From assembly GCA_964016885.1 (NCBI GenBank), contig OZ024741.1, forward strand, positions 314,650,001-314,714,000: a stretch of DNA of 64,000 nucleotides. The letters are read 5' to 3'. This document shows, in pieces, positions 28,346 to 41,567 of the stretch. Source of the stretch: Eledone cirrhosa (lineage: Eukaryota). Under the pieces are notes generated by a model. It had not been told where the DNA came from. It saw only the letters and a program-made list of their open reading frames with translations, and searched no databases. Each line of letters starts with the position of its first letter. Position 1 is the stretch's first letter. The position numbers were made by a program, and so were the translations under genes.

Positions 28346-28495
28346 GGTGGACCAGTATTTTTTCCCCCTGGTAAAATGGTGTACATTATTCGATTTTTTC
28401 AGTAAAATCTTTTCTCTTAATAGAACATCAAAAATCTTAACAATAAAAGGTGTGAAATGATATTCACTATATATATATACACACACACATACATT

Positions 28496-28532
<37 letters not shown>

Positions 28533-28673
28533 TACATACATATATATGCACATATATTTTTTGTATTGCACCATAGAGCATGTGTGTTTACGTGTGTCAT
28601 TGTGTTTATATGTGGGTAGAGATGTGTGCTGATGTAGGTATGTATGTTGACGTGTGTATGTTGTGGGTTCGTC

Positions 28674-29119
28674 TTAGGGAGAAGTGTTTAGACGGGGTCC
28701 GTATTTGTTAATGAAGTAAGATTCCTTGCTGATGCGCTGGGTGTGGGTGGCATTATCTTTAAATTTGTAGAGGGGAAAGATTCTGAAGTTGGGATGATTT
28801 TGGGCGGCACAGGTATCAATGTGTTCACTCAGTGGTATTTTCCTGTATTCCCGTATTTTAATTTGGGATCTATGGACAGTCATGCGTTGGCGGAGGCTGT
28901 TTTTGGTCTGGCCTATGTATTGTTCTCGACAACCTGAACAAGTTAATACATATATTAGATTTTCCGATGCACATGTGAAATTGTGTTTTACTATAAAACG
29001 TTGTCCATCTTTGAAATAGAATTCCGAACCCTCTATTAGGTTGATGCAAATGCCACAGTTGGGTCTATCGCATTTTTTTACTGTGGGTTTCGTTGTTGTG
29101 GTTGGCAGTACTTTGGCAT
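28674..29119 (-). mobile_element. GIY-YIG endonuclease fragment of a non-Naiad (Neptune-like) PLE
   Basis: Open frame KCDRPNCGIC...FTCASENLIYVLTCSGCREQYIGQT...RMTVHRSQI...LSEHI...KESYFINKYGPRLN. Confidence 0.85.
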
Positions 29120-29728
29120 GTTGTTCATTTGTTCAACATTGATAAAGGAACGTTGTACTAGTTTCAAGCTTATTAGCTATCGTCAGCAACGTATACCTTC
29201 CTGCCAGATTATTGAACGTCTGAAAGTATATACTTTCCTTATGCATATTAACGGCTGAGCAGCCTAATTTGCATATCGAGTGAGTTAATCGGCCGGGCGC
29301 ACCGAAAACGATAAATGGAAAAAATGAAACGAAATTTCATTTCTCACTCTTAGTACCGCTGTTACTTAAATATAAGTATGTATACGTACATACATATATG
29401 TATACAGACGTACAGTAGTATGTATATATATATACATGCATGCACATATATATATATATATATATATATGTACGTATGGAATCACCGAACATTTATTACA
29501 ATGCTCGGTGTGTTTGTAAACAAACATACCGAATTAAGCCGTACAGTGTCTAGCAACCATCGTTGCTCATTTGTTCAACACTGAAAAGGAACGCTTTACA
29601 AACACACCGAGCATTGTAATAAATGTTCGGTGAATCCATACGTCCATATATATATATGTGTGCATGTATGTATATATTTATACATACTACTGTACGTCTG
29701 TATACATATATGTATGTACGTATACATA

Positions 29729-29732
<4 letters not shown>
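29117..29732 (-). mobile_element. Longer-than-unit copy of the HHR repeat (period 442 nt) plus inverted tail; HHR at 29151-29191
   Basis: GTTCAACA recurs at 29131 and 29573; inverted segment 29595-29732. Confidence 0.82.
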
Positions 29733-29818
<86 letters not shown>

Positions 29819-29839
29819 TTATATATATATATATATGTA

Positions 29840-29904
<65 letters not shown>

Positions 29905-29905
<1 letters not shown>

Positions 29906-30082
29906 TGTTTCTACTTTTTGGCACAAGACCAGCAATTACCCAGTGCAATACTGGTACTTTATTTTATCGACCCCGTAAGGATGAAAGGCAAAGTTAACCT
30001 CAGCGGGATTTGAACTCAGAATGGAAAGAGCCGTAACTCTATGCGTCAACGCAGGGCGTCCGACCCTCTACTGATACTGCCA
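29905..30082 (-). mobile_element. tRNA-derived SINE with (TTA)n tail
   Basis: Same family as 8645-8830; adjoins an (AAT)n tract. Confidence 0.9.
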
Positions 30083-30083
30083 A

Positions 30084-33000
30084 ATAAAAGAGAAAACGCA
30101 GGTAAGCTTTATAAAAAAAAGGATTTTATCCAGGTATTTACGACCGTTTCATTGGTAAGCGCAACCTCATATCGCTATACTGCTAATACCAGCCAATCGA
30201 TAATAACTGTTATTCACCACCAAATTTTCAAAATAATGATTAAGTTACTTGTAAAAGGTTCTTAATATATAAAAGAAAACATTTTTTTGGAACGTATTAA
30301 CTAGTATAGAGAGAGAGGAAGGGGGAGAAGTGTTAGGAAGTAGAGGGACAAACGGTGATGGAGAGAGGGGTAAAGATGGAAGGATTCCTCGATAAGTTTT
30401 GATTTGTAGACTTGATGTCGTCAATTTACAGTGTAGGGAGTTAAAGAGAATTGAATTGTTCATCGTGGGAGGGAGAGAGAGAGGGGGAGGAGAGATAGAG
30501 AGATAAATATATATGAAAAAGGGGAAGAGAAAATGAAGAAAAGAAAAGAAAAACAAAAAAAAGAAGGAGAAGAAAAGAAGAAAACGAAAAAAGAAAAATG
30601 GAATGAAGGAGGAGAGAGGGACATAAGTACTGGTTACTGTGGGTAATTAAAGTGGTTCGATTCAATAAGAGGGTAGAAAGTCTTAGTATATGCAGTTTGT
30701 CAGATGGTAGTAGGAGGTTAAGGGTTCGATTTGCACTTGTAGTGCGAACATTTTTCTTTAAGTCTATGGTTGCAATAAATTGATCTTTCGATTTTATTGT
30801 TGAGTAACTTATTCTTCGAACTCAAAATGTGGAACAGTTTAAGGTCACATAACCGACAGTATCTCATACCACTCCGATATGCCGGCGCGTTCGATAATTT
30901 CTTCCACTTCAGGGTGTATTGATGGTTACTTTCCCTCAATTGCCAGGTCTTGTTCGCAAGGGTAGTTACATATTGATGCTGGGAATGTTTCATTGCGTCA
31001 CGATGTGTATACCAACGAGCTTTAAATATATTCCCAGTCGGTCCGATGTAATACCACTTCTGCTTGTCTGATTCGACCGTGCATTGGTAAACCAGGTTAG
31101 ACTGCATACATTCAGTATGCAATGGACAGGTATCAGGTAGGTGGCAATTACAAGTTTTGTCATGGGCAACTTTGACATTATTGGTTGGCTGCGATGCCTG
31201 TACAAGTGCGTTACGTTTTGTTTGTCTTCTAGTGGGTGGTTGTGCATTAGATATTCTGTTGTGTTCGATGGTAATTGTATTGTTATTGTTATAAATTTGT
31301 GTTCTGGTGTTGTTACGTATCTTTTTAGCGTTAAGTATCTTAACGTGTGCCTCTATGCTTGGTGCAGTGGAGTAAGAGAGTCTGATAGATTTAGTGTTAA
31401 GGATTTTACTGTATCTATGTGAATCTGGAAAGTGCTTATTTATTCTTCTAAAGAAGGTAGGTTGGTACCAATAGAGGTGTTAAATATAGGGTTATACCAA
31501 ATATATTTTCTATTGCGTGACCTGTTTGATTTTGATGTTGTACTTCTATGTTCAGTATAATTGGTAGTTCTATGCGTAAATGCGTGTGTGCGTGTGTTTC
31601 TGGAGTTTATGTTATACCTATTCGTGTGTGCTTTGCGGAGGCTTTCATCTCTATATTCTACTCTATCTATGTGGCCTGCCTTATCTAGTGCAGTATTGTA
31701 GTACTCCGCGTGTTCCTCGAAGATTTGTCGGTTAGACGCGAGGCGGGAGATCCTAAGGGATAAGCTGCGTGGAACGGATTTAATTATGGAGAGTAGGTGG
31801 TTCGAATTACACTTGATGTATGCTAAGTTTTCATTATTCTTGTGAAAAGGTATTATAAGTCCCGTATTTAGCTTAAGCGCCGCGTCTAGAAAGTTAACTA
31901 TTTTAGTGCTATATTCATACGTTATGCTAAGGCCTAGTTTGCCAATAGACTTTCTAATATTCTTGCGCAGTCTTACTATGCTCTGGTCATTTAGGTTCTT
32001 AACTAGAAGAAGGGCGTCGGCTCTGTAGATTCCACCCTGAAGGTCACTAAATTCCTTATGTAAACTATGGGCTATGTAAATACCTACTATATCCGTGACC
32101 TGAGCCGAGACATTAGCCCCCATCGTGATGTCAAAGTTATCTAATCTATCCGTACGTTCCCAATAGGCGTTTTCAAATTTAATTATTGTTTTCCTAGCAG
32201 CTAATATAATTTTTATCTCGTCGACTGTCAGGTCATAATTGGCTTTGGCGAATTCTAAGGCTTTATTCAAGGTATTGGGTGATATAGAGGATTAATAGTC
32301 GTTAATGTCAAATTGCATAAACTTAGATGCTTTTTTGTTAGCTATACTATTAAACCATTTAATTGTTTCGGTAGTGTTACCCATAGTTTAATCACCAGTT
32401 TATTCTTCATTTGTGCTATTACTCTGTCTAATATATGTTTATTAATTTTCCCAATGTCTGATTTGGGCGGGCATATAAGTATAATTGTGAGGTTATAATC
32501 AAAATTTACCTTATGGTCCTTGAGATTTAATGTGGGGGTACATGGCCTAAGTCGCTCAGCTCTATCCTCTATTCATAGGTGTTTGACTATATTGTGTGCC
32601 TCGTTGTTGATGTTTATCAGTGCCGTCTCGTTAGTTTTTCTACATTTCCTATGTAATTACTTCCATATGAAGCTATTATATGTATTAATATCCATCGTAT
32701 ACACATTTGAGGTTTTGTCCGCTTTGACAATAATTCCATTGGTAGTTCGCAGTTTTCTCTCCCTCCCACTATAAACAATTTAATTCTCGTTAACTCCCTA
32801 CACTGTAAATTGACGACATCAAGTCTACGAGGAATCATTCCATCTTTATCCCTCCCTCCATCACCGTTGGTCCCTCTACTTCCTCACTCTTCTCCCCCTT
32901 CCTCTCTCTCTATACTAGGAAATACGATTTTTTTTAAATGTTTTTTCTATATATTAAGAACCTTTTAGAAGTAACTTATTCATTATTTTGAAAATTTGGA

Positions 33001-33450
33001 GGTGAATAACAGTTATTATCGATTGGCTGCTATTTGCAGTATAGCGATATAAGGTTGCGCTTTCCAATGAAACGGTCGTAAATACATGGATACAATCCTT
33101 TTTTTGTAATGCTTACCTGTGTCTTCTCTTTTATTGTTTATACTCCAAGATTGAACGGGATTTACTAACCAGATTCTTGCAAACTTGTGGAGTTACCCCT
33201 AACCGTACGTTGGAAACCCTCCAAGAAACTGGCTATCTGAAACACGAACTGGATTTCAATAAGCAAATTTCCGCTTTCCTAACTATATATATATTGATTT
33301 TTCCCTGGATTTCACTAAATTCTGTTGGATGAATCTATATCCTGATTCTTTTTGAGTTGAGTTTGAATTATTTTTCCCACATCTTACGTTAACTATTTTT
33401 CACTTTTTGACGCTATAGTCACTTATATATTATGGAATACTGTTGGCTTT
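30084..33450 (-). mobile_element. Degenerate Naiad-type PLE with inverted pseudo-LTRs
   Basis: LKDHK, FDITMG, GGIYRAD, NFLDA, WYNP, YIGPT, CRLC; inverted repeat ~30084-30460 / ~32774-33135. Confidence 0.88.
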
Positions 33451-34064
33451 TTGCTACAATATTTTCCATACCTTTCATTTATATATATATATATATGAAA
33501 AACATGGGGAGAATAATACTGCATGGTTGCACATGGATTACATATTATAAAATTAGTCCCTCATCAGTGATTTGCCAACGATCATTGGTATTTCATCGCA
33601 TTAAAAATCATAAACCTCAGGTTGGTGCGAGCAATAACTAAAATAAGCTATTGGGACAAGTGAAACGCGTAAAGCGAGTGAGACAAGTAAACAACATAGG
33701 AGGAAAAGCTAACCGAAGATGGGAAGAAAAACAAGCAACATGGTTATCCGATCAGCATAAGCTGGGTGAATTTCATGAGCGCTCAGGAAACAGACCTTTC
33801 GCTGTGAAGGGGATGTGAGAAAGAAAGAATCCCTCTCCTAGCGAACGGGAGGAAGTGAGAAGGGGAGAAACAGAGAGTGAGGGAGTGGAAGTGCGTGGAG
33901 GAGATCAGTCGAGAAAAAGTGTTAACTGACAGAGGGGACGAAAGAAGGTAAGAGAAATAGAGAGAATAGGGGAGCAGTAAGAGAGAAAGAGAGAAACAGA
34001 TAATCGCAGTTTAGGTAAATATAGGAAAAACATGGGGAGAAGAATACTGCATGGTTGCACATGG

Positions 34065-34122
<58 letters not shown>

Positions 34123-34143
34123 TACATACATTTATGAATATAA

Positions 34144-34235
34144 CATATATGCCGGCGTATAAGTAGATCCGGCGCATAGGTCGACCTCTGAAACTCTGTG
34201 GTCTGATTTTGGATTAGGCCTATATAGGCCGGATA
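34144..34235 (+). mobile_element. Possible Tc2/pogo-type DNA transposon terminus
   Basis: CATATATGCCGGCGTATAAGTAGATCCGGCGCATAGGTCGACC resembles reiterated Tc2-type TIR motifs (recognised from memory); the partner end was not found. Confidence 0.4.
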
Positions 34236-34727
34236 AAACAAACCCCCAAAAGTAATGCATTACCATCTCCCCAGCCGTAGATAAGCTTGCCGTTGATTAA
34301 CTGCACAAAATATAAAATAGGGAAATAAACACTAAATAGTTGTAAAATAAAAATTCTTGTGAAGAAAATACAATTTGTAAAATTTATTTTACAGTTAACA
34401 AAATGATTTAACTGAACTGTTTTATTAGTAAACATCAGGTTACCACACCGTTACTCGATACGCGGTAATTTTAAAAACCTAAAATTTCCTTATCCTCAGT
34501 TTATTAACATTACATGGCGATACAACTTTACTTTCGGCAATTTTTGTTTCGCGGGGAAATTTCCATAGGTTTTCCGATAGTTTAGATAATTCTAAGACAC
34601 ATCTTCTAACACTTCAGTCGTAAGTGAGTTCTAACTGACTGAGGAAACCAGCCTAGCGTAAACTTAACGAACCTATGGTAACCTAACCTATAAGCTATGG
34701 AAAGTCATTGATATTATTATAATCTCT

Positions 34728-34775
34728 AAACAGACTTAAACAGACTTAAACAGACTTAAACAGACTTAAACAGAA
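34728..34775. repeat. 10-bp tandem repeat (AAACAGACTT)x4.6
   Basis: Directly visible. Confidence 0.95.
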
Positions 34776-34914
34776 ATAATTGTGATGGGGTGCTAGAGTA
34801 AGTGGTTAACAACACGTGTTAGACAGCCAGTTTCACTGTTTAACCGTCAGTGGTAATGGTTCCTACTTCATATTTGGCGGACAAGTCGACCCTGGTTTTG
34901 GATAGATATGTTAG

Positions 34915-34954
<40 letters not shown>

Positions 34955-34960
<6 letters not shown>

Positions 34961-35076
34961 AGGTGTCGGAACGTGACGGCTGATCTCACCTTATCTTAAC
35001 AGCTAGTTATATACTTAGCTGCCACCACGTTGAGAAACACGTTGAGATCAGCCGTCACATTCCGACACCTTATTAT
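34955..35076. repeat. Fold-back insertion with ~35-bp inverted ends in (TA)n
   Basis: ATAATAAGGTGTCGGAACGTGACGGCTGATCTCA...TGAGATCAGCCGTCACATTCCGACACCTTATTAT; another left end starts at 35246. Confidence 0.85.
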
Positions 35077-35079
35077 ATA

Positions 35080-35251
<172 letters not shown>

Positions 35252-35499
35252 GTCGGAACGTGACGGCTGACCTCTCCTTATCTTAACAGCTCGTTAGCTA
35301 GCTCCAGGCTCTCGAACTAATTGTTCAAACCGTAATAGCTTAGTCCTCGGATACTGCTTCATTATAATAGAGTCATACTCTACTATCCCAAGTATCGTGT
35401 ACTCTGTAGAGTAATGGTCTAACGAGTTTCAATATGGTTCTATCCTGATATATATATATATGTTTTGAAATATATATTTGGTCGGGTGTCAAGTGTAAT

Positions 35500-37315
35500 G
35501 AAAGTCGGGTGCTGCACCATATTGCGAATAGTGGTTTTTAGTCACAGCGGACTAATGCAACGTTTGTTAATACTTCGAATAAACCTTATCGTAAAGCAGA
35601 TCCATGTTATTCTTCACTCATTTATTATTAATACTCCAGGAACCACTTACCTAGGAACTGTCTTGAATCAGTCACCTGAACACCGCAACTAAGTAAACTT
35701 CTTATTGAGTGAAACAAAGCCCAACGTTAAAACTATTCTTGATACAGAGTACTCATAACTTCTAGTTGGATTTCCTTAAATGATACCTCGTTAACTTATA
35801 TAATTAGCTCCCACCAAGTTGAAGAAAAACTTTAAAGCCAGGCATTAACATGGAAAAGCACAACATAGACATGTCACTAAAATTTTACCTATACCTACAA
35901 ACAGGGATTATACACTCGGCATGATACAGCGCACCAGTGATTTTAACCATCGAATCCGATGGAAAGCATATCATTACGTCAATGGACACACAATTGATAC
36001 TGAGGAAAACACTAAAGAGCAATACGGATTTAAATCTTGCAAAAACCCACCAAGTAACACCCAGCTTGACACATTTGAACTCGACCTCATGAACATGATA
36101 AGTGGAATTAAGTTTTAAAGAGACACACTGGTAACAACAACCTGCCGAACAACATCAATGCACTTTTGAAAAAACTACGCAATACTGACGGAATTATAGT
36201 TAAAGGAGACAAAAGATCGAACGTATACACCATGAGCCTAGACACCTACAACAGCTTTATACGCCTTGAACTGCACAAAAAATACAGGAAAACCTTGAAG
36301 CTACAATTGTGGACATCAACAACGAATCACACATAATATCAACGAATCACACATAATATACCACAGTATAATAAGACGCTACTAAACAGCAAATTCAAGC
36401 GGACAATTGTCTATAGGCACAAAGCCGCTAGTACATTTTCGAATAACAAACCGAGATAAACAAATTCTGTCCAGCAATCTCATTTTCCATGTAAACAAAA
36501 CAACTCCGTGGATTTATAGTGTCTGCAAAATTGGCGCCAATGAACCACTTTAACACCTCCTTAAACAAATAAAGTGCAGTCACGTAAGAGTGCAAGCTTT
36601 CTTTAACACTTCAAAAGTTACTTCACCAACCAATAGAAAGCAAGAATAACCGGCACTTCCGAGGTTATTATGTATTTTTTCTTTAAAGGTACATCCCTTC
36701 AAATCCCTTATCTCACATACAGCATCAATCACCCTTCATAGCCAACATCATCACCATCAATCTTCACCTCCCCATTAAGATTACACTTTTCAAAATTACC
36801 CATCTGTCATCATTATCTCTTTGTTTTATCTTTTTATTTCACCTTATCCAACTTTATTACACTGTCAGCATTATCCTTTCGTTTCATCTCATCCCATGTT
36901 ATTACACCGTCCAGTTACTTTGTACCCTCACTTCCCAACTTTACTTTCAACTCTACCGGTACTTTTTATTATTATTTTTTTAATATTGTTACAATCACTA
37001 TTATTTTTTTACTTTTTTATCATTTTTCTTATATTGTCTTTTCACACCACTTTTTTTCATCTTATTATTATTACTATGTGTTCATGGTTTTATACTAATA
37101 TCATCCTCTTCACTATACTTTCCTTTTTATTATTATTCATGTTATTTTTTATGTATCTATAAACACTCGTGCACTCGTGCACTAATACACACAATTGTCA
37201 ATCGGAGTGGTGCCGCGGCACACTGCGATTGGCGGTTTTTAGGCACACTGAAACATTTGTTAATACTTCGAATAAAACCCTATTGTACAGCCGATCCGTG
37301 TTATTCTTCACTCCT

Positions 37316-37320
<5 letters not shown>
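35500..37320 (+). mobile_element. Internally deleted Naiad-type PLE with terminal direct repeat
   Basis: N-terminus HRIRWKAYHY...YGFKS.KNPP...FELDL, KGDK, then jumps at ~36360 to a C-terminal-like LLNSKF..RHK; ~65-bp direct repeat at 35561-35626 / 37254-37319. Confidence 0.72.
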
Positions 37321-37368
<48 letters not shown>

Positions 37369-37661
37369 TATAAATTATGTCCTTAGAATCATTTGATAAG
37401 ATATATACTCAATTTCCTCTCCCAATTACATAATCAACAACACAACAAACCAATTAAACCAGGCTATAAGATTAAAAGGCACCTGTGAAGAAATAATAGA
37501 TAAATAAACAATAGCCATTTATTCGCGATCAACAGCCATAGAATATTTACCCATTATTTCAATAGCACGTGGAAATTGATTAAATATATCGTCAACCATA
37601 CACAATTAGGTATACAATTAAAGTTAGAAGAAAGAAATGCATATACACATACCAGGATTAC

Positions 37662-37735
37662 GTTTCTACCCTTAGGGTTTCATTCGCTTTCGGAAATATC
37701 CTATCAAGGATAAATTCTCGAGCTCATCAGGAAAC
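37662..37735 (-). ncRNA. Type I hammerhead motif
   Basis: GUUUC CUGAUGA GC...UAUCCU-ugau-AGGAUA...GC gaau GAAA CCC-uaa-GGG UA/GAAAC; perfect 5-bp stem I; 4 extra nt before GAAA. Confidence 0.7.
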
Positions 37736-38073
37736 AAACTCACTTGGACAAAGATTTTTCTTAAATGATCCCCGCCAGAAAGGAATTCAAAATGGCTAAG
37801 AACTGTGACGTGGCAGTGGTCAAATCAGAAAGAATGTAATTGGTGCCTTACGGCTAGTAGGCTGGTTGCTAGAAAGCGCAGCCTAATATTGCCCAAATTG
37901 CATCTCAACCTTATGGGAGATTATCAAATATAAGATGTACATATACACAAACTAGACATAGTTATAGATATGTGTTTGTCAACCATTCACGATGTGGCTC
38001 AATGATGAATTAATAAATTAAATAATCAGACCAATATACTATAAATTATGTCCTTATATATATATATATATAA

Positions 38074-38732
38074 ATGAATATATGAGAGGGATGAACACTG
38101 ATACAAGTATGCATGTGTTCGAATTGTAAATGACCAAGTTAGCTAGGTTGAAAAATACTAATTCAAAATAATATGTTTTGACTGTCTCGATTTAAAGTAA
38201 TAAATCAATAAAAATAACAAACGTATATTGGCAATGCCCGTGATACCCGGACAAATTCTAAATTTGTTTAGCAACAATTAATAAGTGAAAGACTATTTGG
38301 AGTTTATAACTCAATATATGATATTCTCGGCTCCATTCGTAGAGCTAATTTTAGTCCCATAAAACCGACTGCTATTTTTAGCGTCACGAGTATGAGATGA
38401 GTTAGGCGCTGTGACATGTGCGTTCAACAACACATATTTCTCAGTCGTATTAAGTATTTTGAAGTGAAAGGTACGAATTTCCTGGATACCCGCAGAAGAG
38501 CACAGGGATAGTGACTTTCATTTAATAATTGTTGCGAAACAAATTTAGAATTTGTCCGGATATCACGGCCATTGCCAGTATTGTTTTGTTATTTTTATTG
38601 ATTTATTACTTTAAATCGAGACAGGCAAACCATATTATTTTAAATTAGTATTTTTCAACCTAACTAACTTGGTCATTTACAATTCGAACACATGTATACT
38701 TGTATCGGTGTTCATCCCTCTCATATATTCAA
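38074..38732. mobile_element. MITE/fold-back element with ~210-bp inverted arms
   Basis: 38074-38290 is the imperfect reverse complement of 38514-38732. Confidence 0.8.
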
Positions 38733-38902
38733 TTGTATTACACGGCACGGAAATATTCCCTTCTTTGAGCTATTTAATTGTAAAAGATTATTTCGAGTTT
38801 ATAACTCAATATATGATATATATATATGTTATTTTATAATATATATATATATTATAAAATAACAGGAGGCTGGACTGGTGTAAATCCTTGAAAGGTTTAT
38901 TA

Positions 38903-38958
38903 TACTATGATCATTTCAATGACCGGGTTCAGTATGAATTCGGTGACATTATCAGGTA
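38903..38958 (-). ncRNA. Type I hammerhead motif, G8A core (probably inactive)
   Basis: UAC CUGAUAA ...ACCG..UUCA-uac-UGAA..CGGU... GAAA UGAUCA UA/GUA; palindromic stem III. Confidence 0.6.
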
Positions 38959-40000
38959 ATTCAAAATATAATGAAGGAATATAACAGATAAAATCCATGG
39001 TGCTGAAAATCATGGTGGTCAAAATCAGAAACAGGAGGGCGACCGACAATTTAGCAGCTTCTTCCTCTGCCAGTCGCCCTCAAGTGTTGATTATTAGGTC
39101 TACATATGACCATCCGGTGTGGAGGCGCAAGTTTTAATGTACTACTACAATCCCGTCAGATAGAAATGTCAGCCCTGAGGTCACGCGTAAATGAGGCTGG
39201 TCAGGCATGCTCAAAATTGCCGCGAAGAATGTTTTGTCCAAGAACAAATATCTTCAACAGACACACACATAGGAATTAAAAAGGGAGAGAGCGTGTGTGA
39301 ATGTGAGAGATAGAGAGTGTGTCGGAGAACGAAAACGAGAGAGAGATTGACAGAGAGAGTGAGAAAGAGAGTGTGCGTAAGTGATATAGATATTACATCA
39401 AGGTTGACCACACGGAATGATCAGATCTATCCAGTGGTGAACCAACAAACCCAAATAAATAAATATATATATATATATATAATGGATCGAGAGATTCCTA
39501 ATCTTCATTAAGACATCTCTCTAGGAGAAGGTCACTCCGATATAAACCCTGCGAATGATGTAGACCAGTTCTACTTTTAGGTCAAATGCATTCGAAGTTC
39601 AGAGAGTGGGATTGGCTCCGTGGAAAGCGTTTCATCGCTTAAAATATGTTTAAGCACTTGATAAGTGACATTTTTTGCGCTGCATGGTATTGCTGGCGAT
39701 AGACAAGTCCATACCGTGGCTAAAAATCCATGTCCGTGATGCACATGCTTAAGTATCAAGCGATGGCATTATTCAAAATCGAGTTGCAGCCATCATATAT
39801 ATATTAATAAAAGATCGGATGCCATATTCAGTTGATTTAGGTTTATTAAAATCCGTTATAGATATATCGCTGAGGATTATTTTTTATTAATATATAATGC
39901 TCCTGCTTGCACCATTTATACAGGTCGTTGAGCGGTTCTTTTTCTTCTAGTTCACAAACAATAGACCATAATGTGCGGTTAAACCCATACTCTAATTATA

Positions 40001-40070
<70 letters not shown>

Positions 40071-40074
<4 letters not shown>

Positions 40075-41236
40075 CTTGATCACCTTGACCGACTAGTCTG
40101 TCGGGCGTCCATTCAGCGCCGCTCCTCACAGCACGCCGTCCATTCCTCTCTGGATCGTGCTTTCCTCATCCATTTATTCCCAATCGTATTCTTAAAATCG
40201 TGACTCCACCATCGTGGAGGCCTTCCGAGTGGTCGTTTCCGCTCGCGCGGGTACCACTCGGTAACTGCGCGGGTCCACCGATTATCGGTTAACCAGGCGA
40301 CGTGTCCAGCCCATCTGAACTTGCTGCACATATATTCCGTGATGACGTCCCTCACGCCGGACTTCTGTCTGATGACTTCGCTCCTGATGTGCTCTCTCAA
40401 CGTGATTCCTAACATTGATTTCTCCATGGATCTTTGAGCCGTTACCAGCCTCTGCTCTTCTCTCTTCGTTGTAGCCCAAGTTTCACTGCCATATAACATT
40501 GCAGATAAAACTGTGCTATTGAAGAGGTTGGCGTGGGTGGTATTGTCCAACCTCCCCTTGAGCACATCCGTTATGCCGTTGAACGCCTTCCATCCGACCC
40601 TTACTCTCCGCGAGATCGCCCTTTCAATGTCTCGGCGCATGTTCACTTGTTGTCCCAGGTAGACGTATTCCTCCAACCTCCTCTATTTCATAACCGCCAA
40701 CCACCATTCGACCTGTTGGTACGTTTTCGGATCGCATGAACTTCGTTTTCATGCGGTTCATCTTGAGGCCTACTGCAGAGCTTTTGATATCGAGCTGCGT
40801 CACCATAGTCTGAAGCTGTCCGTGGTTTCAGCGATGAGTACGATGTCATCAGCGAAACGGAGGTGGGTAAGTATCTCGCCGTTGATGTTGACACCGCCTT
40901 GCCAATCAATGCCTCTGATGATCTGCTCGAGACACGCGGGTTCTCACGTCATCTGGACGAACAGCAACCGAGAGAGCAAGCCGGCTTCCGGAAAAACTAC
41001 AGCACGATGGACCACGTATTTACTCTGACAAAACTGCTTGAGCGAGCAAAATATTACAAGATGCCTCTTTGCGTCGCGTTCGTAGACTACGAGAAGGCCT
41101 TCGACAGCGTCGAAATTAGCGCAGGGCTGAACTCGCTGCAGAGGCAAGGAGTCGAGGCGCAAAACGTTCAACTGCTCAGGGAGGCTAGTTCCGGATGCAC
41201 CACCGACATAGCTCTGCTGTCATCACCCGTACGCTG

Positions 41237-41238
<2 letters not shown>
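40071..41238 (-). mobile_element. RTE-clade LINE 3' fragment with 5' inversion
   Basis: Minus strand: HLRFADDI, YVYLGQ, RWAGHV, RPLGRPP, tail (TCAAGGTGA)2. Plus strand 40938-41235: EQAGFR, FVDYEKAFDSV. Confidence 0.92.
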
Positions 41239-41270
<32 letters not shown>

Positions 41271-41277
<7 letters not shown>

Positions 41278-41486
41278 AAGTTTGTCCTCATCAGGGTAAA
41301 CAAACAAAATGGTTTAAGCAGCAGCTTAAACCATTTTGTTTGTTTACCCTAGCGTCCCCTTTATTTACGTGCCCCAACGACTTTTTTTTAGCCGTTGCTC
41401 GCACCAACCTGAGGTATATGGCCTTTAATGCGACGAAATGCCTACGACGGTTGGATGGCCACTGATGAGGACAAACTTTTTCATAT
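41271..41486. repeat. Nested fold-back insertion
   Basis: 24-bp inverted ends TATGAAAAAGTTTGTCCTCATCAG; internal 27-bp perfect hairpin at 41293-41350. Confidence 0.85.
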
Positions 41487-41518
41487 GTAACCCATTTGCA
41501 GCGCAGCAGTTGCATTAT

Positions 41519-41562
<44 letters not shown>

Positions 41563-41567
<5 letters not shown>

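Noticed and set aside
30130-30210. Complete HHR in the pLTR of the 30084-33450 element
   Set aside because: GAAA-CGGUCG-UA half is present, but there is no CUGANGA in either arm.
39577-39759. Possible additional host exon
   Set aside because: An acceptor-like site exists, but the phase-1 frame closes quickly and has no recognisable domain.
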